A stretch of DNA of 64,000 nt, from the IMG/VR virus record IMGVR_UViG_3300011113_000396, positions 1 through 64,000 of that record; one strand, written 5' to 3'. The DNA is from a virus. The notes beneath the pieces were generated by a model, which worked only from the letters and a program-made list of their open reading frames with translations, ran no database searches and was not told the origin of the DNA. The position numbers and the translations under genes were made by a program. Positions 57,696-64,000 of this stretch are shown here, in pieces; positions within the stretch are counted from its first letter, which is position 1, and every line of letters starts with the position of its first letter.

Positions 57696-57723
57696 TTGCT
57701 CTTATGTTATTTGGACGTATAAT
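57696..57723 (+). promoter_or_regulatory. Sigma70-type promoter for the gp55-gp47-gp46 operon
   Basis: TTGCTC-16 nt-TATAAT, 6 nt before ATG 57730. Confidence 0.6.
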
Positions 57724-57729
57724 GTAATT

Positions 57730-58386
57730 ATGAAGAAAACTAAACAAAAGAAGAAAAAAATCGAATTAGAAGAAGATGAAGATGATTTAGGGTTTGATGA
57801 TTTTGCTATTGAAATAGAACCAGAAGTCATAAAGCCTGCCACAAAAGGACATTACATCGATAACTCAAAGTTTAATGATGAAATGACAAAGTGGATCAAG
57901 AAAGTCAGAACGGCTGAAAAAAATGGTAAGGATAGACCTCCTGTAACTGACTATATTGCAGAATGTTTTTTAAAAATTGCGGAACATCTGTCCTACAGAC
58001 CAAATTTTATGAACTACCCCTATAGAGAAGAGATGGTGGGTGATGGAATTGAAAATTGTTTGATGTACGCACATAATTTCAACCCAGATAAGTCATCAAA
58101 CCCCTTTTCTTATTTTACCCAGATTATATACTATGCATTCCTTAGACGAATAGAGAAGGAAAAGAAGCAATCGTATGTAAAGTTTAAGATAATGGAAGAA
58201 AATGCCGATGATAAATTCTATAAGTGGTTTAAGGAAAACTACTTTGAGAAGGACGGTAAGCCAGAACTAGCTGATGTTTTTAATCTCACAGAACGAGATG
58301 TAGAAAGATTTGAAGAAAAAGCTGGTGGCGGAACCAAGAAAAAGACCAGAAAAAAGAAAAAGGTTATTAAAAGAGGTTTAATGTGA
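57730..58386 (+). CDS. gp55: Late transcription sigma factor
   Basis: HYIDN, YI.ECFLKIA.HLS.RPNF.NY.YREEM..DGIENCL.Y..NF.P.KS.NPFSYFTQIIYYAFLRRI.KEKKQ. Confidence 0.96.
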   Translation: MKKTKQKKKKIELEEDEDDLGFDDFAIEIEPEVIKPATKGHYIDNSKFNDEMTKWIKKVRTAEKNGKDRPPVTDYIAECFLKIAEHLSYRPNFMNYPYREEMVGDGIENCLMYAHNFNPDKSSNPFSYFTQIIYYAFLRRIEKEKKQSYVKFKIMEENADDKFYKWFKENYFEKDGKPELADVFNLTERDVERFEEKAGGGTKKKTRKKKKVIKRGLM

Positions 58387-59432
58387 AAATAGCAGTCATT
58401 AATGACACCCACTTCGGAATCAGAAATGATTCCGAATTGTTTTTAAATTACTTCATAGATTTTTTTAAAGAACAATTCTTTCCATATCTCAAAGATAATA
58501 ATATCGATACGGTAATTCATCTTGGAGATTTCTTCGATAGAAGAAAATATATCAATTTTAACACATTAAACCGAGTTACTAATGAAATCCTTGTTCCCCT
58601 GAAAGAGATGGGAATTCAAGTACATTGTCTAGTCGGTAATCACGACACTTATTATAAAAATACTAATAGAGTAAATTCTGTATGTCAGCTACTTCCAGCG
58701 TTTGATAATATCAAAACTTATGGTGAATTCGATATTATCAATATCGATGGAACCGAAATCGCTATGGTTCCTTGGATCAACGATTCAAATGAAAAAGATA
58801 TAGTCAAGCAACTCAAGAAGTGCAAAGCAACGATTGCATGTGGCCACTTTGAACTAACAGGATATGAAGTTCTTCGTGGTGTAAAGTTTGATGGTGGAAT
58901 GTCAGATGAAGTTCTTGCCAAGTTTGAAATTGTTCTTTCTGGCCATTTTCATCTGAAATCATCCCATAAAAATATTTACTACTTGGGTACTCAATACCAA
59001 ATGCTTTTCTCCGATATTAATGAAGCAAAGGGCTTCCATGTCTTTGATCTAAAGTCTAGAGAATTGGAATATATCCAGAACAGAAATTGCATTTTTCATA
59101 GAATTTTTTACGATGACAGTGCAACACCCAAGATCGATAAGATGGATTTCTCTCAGTACGAGAATAAGCTCGTAAAGATTATAGTCCAAAGAAAAACTAA
59201 TCCTGCTACTTATGAAAAGTTTATTGATGGCATCAATTCTGCAAATGCTCATGAGATTTCTATAGTTGATGAGACATTTGTACCAGATGATTCAAACGAT
59301 GTTGCTGATTTGAGTGTTGATACACTTTCATTCATCGAAAAAGAAATCGATCAATTGATTGATGTCAAAAATAAAGACGAACTCAAGAAAATGGTTCATG
59401 ATATTTACTTTGAAAGTCTAGATAATGATTAA
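58383..59432 (+). CDS. gp47: Recombination endonuclease subunit (Mre11/SbcD-like)
   Basis: DTHFG.RND, HLGDFFDRRK, GNHD, GHFE, SGHFH. Confidence 0.96.
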   Translation: MKIAVINDTHFGIRNDSELFLNYFIDFFKEQFFPYLKDNNIDTVIHLGDFFDRRKYINFNTLNRVTNEILVPLKEMGIQVHCLVGNHDTYYKNTNRVNSVCQLLPAFDNIKTYGEFDIINIDGTEIAMVPWINDSNEKDIVKQLKKCKATIACGHFELTGYEVLRGVKFDGGMSDEVLAKFEIVLSGHFHLKSSHKNIYYLGTQYQMLFSDINEAKGFHVFDLKSRELEYIQNRNCIFHRIFYDDSATPKIDKMDFSQYENKLVKIIVQRKTNPATYEKFIDGINSANAHEISIVDETFVPDDSNDVADLSVDTLSFIEKEIDQLIDVKNKDELKKMVHDIYFESLDND

Positions 59433-61134
59433 GTTTACCCAACTAAGATTCAAGAATTTTGGTTCATTCGGCAATAATTTTACTGAAATCGATTTTGGTA
59501 AAAAGGGAAATTATCTAGTTTCAGGCAAAAACGGAGATGGAAAGTCCTTTGCCTTTCTAGATGCTATTACTTTTGGTTTGTTTGGTGTTCCTTTTAGAAA
59601 TATCAATATTCCACAACTAGTCAATAGTGTAAATAAGAAAAACTGTGTGGTAGAGGTAGAATTTGATATTGGGTTGACCAAATACATGGTTAGGCGTGGC
59701 CTAGCCCCCAAGATCTTTGAAATTTACAAAGATGGCAAGTTGATAGAACAAGCCGCCAAGACTAAGGAATATCAGGAATATTTGGAAAAGAATATCCTTA
59801 AAATGGGATATAAGTCTTTTACTCAGGTTGTTATTCTTGGAAAGTCTTCTTTTGTCCCGTTTATGCAACTTACTGCGGCTGACAGACGAGAAGTCATTGA
59901 AAATGTTTTGGATATCGGTATTTTTAGCTCTATGAATTTAGTATTAAAGGGCAAGATTTCTCAGCAGAAAGAGTTTATTAAGCAAAAAAAGACCGATTTA
60001 TCCACAATTCAGGGCAAGGTAGATGTTTTGGATCGTAATCGCCAAGAATTGGAGAAGAAAAAGCAGGATATTGAAACTAAGCTACAAAATAGGCTTAACG
60101 AAATTGATGTTAGTATCACCCAATATAGAGATCCAATTGCCTCATTAGAGGCAGAACTAGCCGCCAAGGAGGCTGTTCTAGCCACTTTTGCCGAAACCAA
60201 GTATACGGGTATGCTTGAACTGAGGTCGAGCTTAAAAGCCAACCTAGAGTCATTAAAGGAAGACATTCAGTTTTATCAGGAAAATGAAGTGTGTCCTGCA
60301 TGTAAGCAGGCTATAACGGATAACCACAGGAACGAAATCTGTGCGACTAAGAATACCAAAAAAGACGAAATTGATACAGCCATTCAAAAATTGAATGAGA
60401 TGATCGAAGAACAAAAAAATAATGACAACTCCAAAAAGAATTTGGAAAGAGAAATATCAAATATTAAGAATGATATAAGACAAGCAAACCAAAAAATTGC
60501 CAATCTAGAAGAACAAAAGAAAATTTATGAAAAAGAAGCCAAAATTGATCTGGTGGATACTATCGAAAAAATTACAAACGACATTGCTACTTTTAAGAAG
60601 GAAGCTAAGGCACATCAACGAAGCTTGGATACACTTTACAATGAGAACGAAGATCTAGAAATACTTTCTGGGCTTCTGAAGGATAGTGGTATTAAAACCA
60701 AAATTATTCGCCATTATCTTCCATTGATGAATCAGATTGTGAATAAGTATCTTTCCAACATGAATTTCTTCGTCCATTTTTACTTGGATGACGAATTCAA
60801 GGAAACGATCAAAAGTCGCCACCGAGATGACTTTTCCTACATGAGCTTTAGTGAAGGTGAAAAGCTTAGGATTGACTTAGCATTGCTTTTAGCATGGAGA
60901 GAAGTCGCTAAACAGAAGAATAGTGTCAGTTGTAATCTATTGATTTTGGATGAAGTATTTGATTCTTCGCTAGATTCCGTGGGTACGGATGAATTGATGA
61001 AAATCCTAAATATATTAGGTAAGGAAACTAATGTGATTGTAATCAGTCACAAAACGGATCAGCTTACCGATAAGTTTAAGTACATTTACACGCTGGAGAA
61101 GAAGAATAACTTTAGCAAAATAAGCCTTACATAA
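59425..61134 (+). CDS. gp46: Recombination ATPase subunit (Rad50/SbcC-like)
   Basis: GKNGDGKS, zinc hook CPAC, FSEGEK, LILDEVFDSSLD, ISH. Confidence 0.96.
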   Translation: MIKFTQLRFKNFGSFGNNFTEIDFGKKGNYLVSGKNGDGKSFAFLDAITFGLFGVPFRNINIPQLVNSVNKKNCVVEVEFDIGLTKYMVRRGLAPKIFEIYKDGKLIEQAAKTKEYQEYLEKNILKMGYKSFTQVVILGKSSFVPFMQLTAADRREVIENVLDIGIFSSMNLVLKGKISQQKEFIKQKKTDLSTIQGKVDVLDRNRQELEKKKQDIETKLQNRLNEIDVSITQYRDPIASLEAELAAKEAVLATFAETKYTGMLELRSSLKANLESLKEDIQFYQENEVCPACKQAITDNHRNEICATKNTKKDEIDTAIQKLNEMIEEQKNNDNSKKNLEREISNIKNDIRQANQKIANLEEQKKIYEKEAKIDLVDTIEKITNDIATFKKEAKAHQRSLDTLYNENEDLEILSGLLKDSGIKTKIIRHYLPLMNQIVNKYLSNMNFFVHFYLDDEFKETIKSRHRDDFSYMSFSEGEKLRIDLALLLAWREVAKQKNSVSCNLLILDEVFDSSLDSVGTDELMKILNILGKETNVIVISHKTDQLTDKFKYIYTLEKKNNFSKISLT

Positions 61135-61437
61135 ATGTACAACTACCGAGGAAAATTTCGAATACTACAGCCAGATGGCAATATGACCGTCTATTCTCAA
61201 TATGATGTTGTCGAGAAGGAAGGCAAGCATTATATGGCTGTGTTTGATACCTATGGTTTCTCCCCCGAACACGGAGAACTTCGCGGTTGGAAAAAAATAA
61301 ACGGAACTGTTCCTGTTACCAGTAGCAGTGCCCCATCCAATCCCGATGTCGGACAGCAATGGCTCGATACTGTTTCTGGAATTCTATTCGAATATGTTGA
61401 CGATGGAAATTCTAAACAGTGGTTAGCCATTAGCTAG
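61135..61437 (+). CDS. Small protein with carbohydrate-binding-like and fibre-type motifs
   Basis: Y..YDVV...GKHY and APSNP..GQQWLDT.SG.LF.Y..DGNS.QW. Confidence 0.55.
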   Translation: MYNYRGKFRILQPDGNMTVYSQYDVVEKEGKHYMAVFDTYGFSPEHGELRGWKKINGTVPVTSSSAPSNPDVGQQWLDTVSGILFEYVDDGNSKQWLAIS

Positions 61438-61444
61438 GAGACTT

Positions 61445-61630
61445 ATGGGATACTATTATGAAAAGAAGAAGAATAATAGTTGGAGAAGAAAATTTTACAG
61501 AGAATTGGCAAAGAAACAAAGGCGTTCTACGCGACATTATTTGAATAAACTTGTTCAAGATGTTTGCTCAGGAGCTATTGACTTTGATGAGTTCTTGGAT
61601 ATGATGCGTAGAAGAGGTAATATATTATGA
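61445..61630 (+). CDS. Small basic hypothetical protein
   Basis: 61 aa; GGAG upstream; ATGA overlap with gp45. Confidence 0.55.
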   Translation: MGYYYEKKKNNSWRRKFYRELAKKQRRSTRHYLNKLVQDVCSGAIDFDEFLDMMRRRGNIL

Positions 61631-62325
61631 AGACTAAAAGTGCCACTAAGCTAAGTAAAGAGACTCTGCAAATTCTGAAGAACTTTGCATCCCTCAATTC
61701 CAATCTCCTTGTCAAGCCCGGTAATCGTCTTGTTACGGTTACTCCCTACAAGAATGTGATGGCCGAAGCCATTATTCAGGAGGAGTTTGATACTGAATTC
61801 GCTATCTGGGATCTGTCCAAGTTCCTTGGCATCGTGTCGATGTTCGAAGATCCTGACTTTATTTTCCACGACAAGTATGTGGAGATTGAAGGTAGCAATC
61901 ATTCTACCGTAAAGTATTTCTACTGTGATCCGAAGCTTATCACTTCTTATCCAACTAAGAATCTTGTCATGCCCCGTATTGTCCTAGAACTTGAGTTCTC
62001 GGAGCGTAAACTGACCGAACTGCAAAAGGCAGCATCGATTCTACAGATTCAGGATCTCAAGATCTTCTGTGACAGCGGTAGTATTATGGGTGAGATGTTC
62101 GATTCTAAGGACAGCACTACAAACACCTATAGCGTAGAGTTCCCATACGACGGCGAACTTGAGACTGATGAGTTTGAGTTCCACTTCAAGATTGAGAATC
62201 TGAAGTTTATTCCGGGAGCCTATAAGGCTCAATTCTCGGAAAATATTGTGTCTAAGTTTGTTTGCAATAATACTCCAATTTCTTATTGGGTTGCAATGGA
62301 ACCGTCTTCCAACTACGGAAAGTAA
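61627..62325 (+). CDS. gp45: Sliding clamp
   Basis: LSKETL.ILKNFAS.N, F.I.DL..FL, F.F.FK.ENLK...G.Y, YW.A.E. Confidence 0.93.
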   Translation: MKTKSATKLSKETLQILKNFASLNSNLLVKPGNRLVTVTPYKNVMAEAIIQEEFDTEFAIWDLSKFLGIVSMFEDPDFIFHDKYVEIEGSNHSTVKYFYCDPKLITSYPTKNLVMPRIVLELEFSERKLTELQKAASILQIQDLKIFCDSGSIMGEMFDSKDSTTNTYSVEFPYDGELETDEFEFHFKIENLKFIPGAYKAQFSENIVSKFVCNNTPISYWVAMEPSSNYGK

Positions 62326-62329
62326 GTAA

Positions 62330-63277
62330 ATGAATATTGATCACTTTGTATGGGCGGAAAAATACCGCCCATCATCCATTTCTGAATGCATTCTTTCTAA
62401 GGAGAATGCAAATACATTCAATAGCATGGTGAAGCAAGGAGAGCCACAAAATCTTATGCTATCCGGCCCAGCCGGATGCGGTAAGACTACGGTTGCTAAG
62501 GCTCTTTGCAAGGATCTTGGATGCGATTACATTCTGATCAACTGCTCTGAAGATGGCAATATTGATACTCTTCGCACAAAGATTCGTGGATTTGCTAGCA
62601 CTGTATCATTGACTAGTGCCAAGAAGGTAGTTATTCTTGATGAATTTGATTATAGCAATGCAAATAGCATTCAACCCGCTCTGCGCGGGGCTATCGAAGA
62701 GTTTTCTTCTAATTGCAGATTCATTATGACTTGCAATTGGCCAAGTCGCATCATTGATCCTCTTCATTCCCGGTGTACGCACATCTCATTTGTGATTCCT
62801 TATGAGGAAAGATCTACGCTTGCGACTAATATGTTTAAGCGTGTGAAGCACATTCTTGATACCGAAAAGGTAAAGTATAACGATAGTGCTCTTGCTACTC
62901 TAGTAAACACCCATTTCCCAGACTTTAGGCGCATTATTAATGAATTGCAGAGATATTCTGTCTCTGGCGAGATTGACGTTGGTATTCTAAGCCAATGCAA
63001 GGAGATCGATCTCAAGAAGCTGGCTGGATATATGTCCAGTAAGAATTTTGCCGAGGTTCGGAAATGGGTCGTCAACAATCTTGAGAATAACAATACAGAT
63101 ATTTTTCGAAGGATCTATGATAATCTGACTGATATGCTACAGCCAGCCAGCATCCCACAAGCAGTCATGATTATTGCAGAATACCAATATAAGGCAGCAT
63201 TTGTCGCAGATCAAGAGATCAATATGACTGCATTCTTGGTAGAAATCATGATGCAATGTGAGTTTAAGAAGAAATGA
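62330..63277 (+). CDS. gp44: Clamp loader ATPase subunit
   Basis: W.EKYRP, GPAGCGKTT, ILDEFD, NCRFI.TCN, LHSRC, FPDFRR. Confidence 0.96.
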   Translation: MNIDHFVWAEKYRPSSISECILSKENANTFNSMVKQGEPQNLMLSGPAGCGKTTVAKALCKDLGCDYILINCSEDGNIDTLRTKIRGFASTVSLTSAKKVVILDEFDYSNANSIQPALRGAIEEFSSNCRFIMTCNWPSRIIDPLHSRCTHISFVIPYEERSTLATNMFKRVKHILDTEKVKYNDSALATLVNTHFPDFRRIINELQRYSVSGEIDVGILSQCKEIDLKKLAGYMSSKNFAEVRKWVVNNLENNNTDIFRRIYDNLTDMLQPASIPQAVMIIAEYQYKAAFVADQEINMTAFLVEIMMQCEFKKK

Positions 63278-63645
63278 ACCTATCCAAGGTATTAGAAAGC
63301 ATCAACTATACAAAGGAAGATGCCCTTGTTGACAACGACAAGGATTATGTTCCATTTGTCGTAAATAGATCATTATCATATTTCATTGATACTATAGCCT
63401 ACGCCAATCAGATGAATCTATACCCTCATCTGAACAAGCGTCTTCAATATGATTATCTTAGAAATGCTATTCGCAAGAAGCGCAGATTCAGTAAATGGGC
63501 TAAGAAAGCCGAATACGACTGCCTAGAAGCTGTGTGCTTTTACTATGGATGTTCTAAGGTAAAGGCAATAGAAATCATCAACCTACTCTCCCAAGAGCAA
63601 AAATCACATATACAGTCAGAATACGAAAAACTCCAAAAAACCTAA
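63274..63645 (+). CDS. gp62: Clamp loader small subunit
   Basis: SIN.TK, Y.PF.VNR.LSYF.DT...AN.MN, QYD.L....RK..RFSKW. Confidence 0.93.
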   Translation: MNLSKVLESINYTKEDALVDNDKDYVPFVVNRSLSYFIDTIAYANQMNLYPHLNKRLQYDYLRNAIRKKRRFSKWAKKAEYDCLEAVCFYYGCSKVKAIEIINLLSQEQKSHIQSEYEKLQKT

Positions 63646-63669
63646 ATAATTTGGTATTATGGAGTTTTT

Positions 63670-64000
63670 ATGGATAATAATGACATATTTGATGGTTTAG
63701 GTGTTGAAGTAACATTAAAAGATAAAGACGCATTCTTGAAGGTCCGAGAGACCCTAACAAGAATCGGCGTTTCTTCCAATCCAAACAAAAAGCTATATCA
63801 ATCTTGCCATATCTTGCACAAGAAGGGCAGATATGCTATAATGCATTTTAAAGAATTATTTGTTTTAGACGGATTGGATAGTGATATGGACGAAACCGAC
63901 TTGGCAAGAAGAAATACTATTGTAAAGCTTCTTGTCGAATGGGGTTTAGTCGATCCAGTAGATGAGAATAGATATAAGGGGCCTCAGCTTCCGCTGAACA
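63670..64000 (+). CDS. regA: Translational repressor, 3' truncated by window edge
   Basis: Translated by hand: ...FLKVRETLTRIGV...KLYQSCHILHKKGRYAIMHFKELF.LDG; GGAG upstream. Confidence 0.93.
   Translation, partial: MDNNDIFDGLGVEVTLKDKDAFLKVRETLTRIGVSSNPNKKLYQSCHILHKKGRYAIMHFKELFVLDGLDSDMDETDLARRNTIVKLLVEWGLVDPVDENRYKGPQLPLN

Noticed and set aside
1-64000. Stop-codon reassignment, CRISPR array or diversity-generating retroelement
   Set aside because: Core genes are full length in the standard code and no suppressor tRNA was found; no repeat-spacer array, reverse transcriptase or template/variable repeat pair was seen by eye.

Overview
This window is the core of a large, AT-rich T4-like myovirus genome. 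From about 20 kb to the right end it carries the T4 core: gp33, gp32, baseplate genes (gp26/51, 54, 48, 53, hub, 25, 6, 7-like), gp4, neck gp13/14, terminase gp16/17, gp15, sheath gp18, tube gp19, portal gp20, protease gp21, scaffold gp22, major capsid gp23, gp3, UvsY, UvsW, late sigma gp55, gp47/46, clamp and loader gp45/44/62, and a partial RegA. The left 20 kb is accessory. It holds a PEP-CTERM-like protein whose VPSPG tail hints at a planctomycete (Phycisphaerae-like) host, several proteins with T4 capsid-targeting-like N-termini (including a LysM muramidase and a nucleotidyltransferase), four tRNAs, an aberrant tRNA-like RNA, a deaminase, a DenV-like glycosylase, GMP reductase and a 1404-aa Cys-rich protein. 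The most unusual signals are: (1) a remodelled tail with three minimal sheath paralogs and two tube paralogs (the subunit count of Afp/PVC injection systems), ~1100-aa fusions on gp15 and one sheath, and a reduced baseplate with no gp5/gp8 in place; (2) a G-x-T motif enriched across virion proteins; (3) a probable -1 frameshift joining gp26 to an unannotated gp51-like ORF; (4) apparent complete avoidance of CCWGG; (5) apparently leaderless late transcripts; (6) a strong antisense sigma70 promoter. All product calls come from recognised motifs and synteny; no database searches were run.
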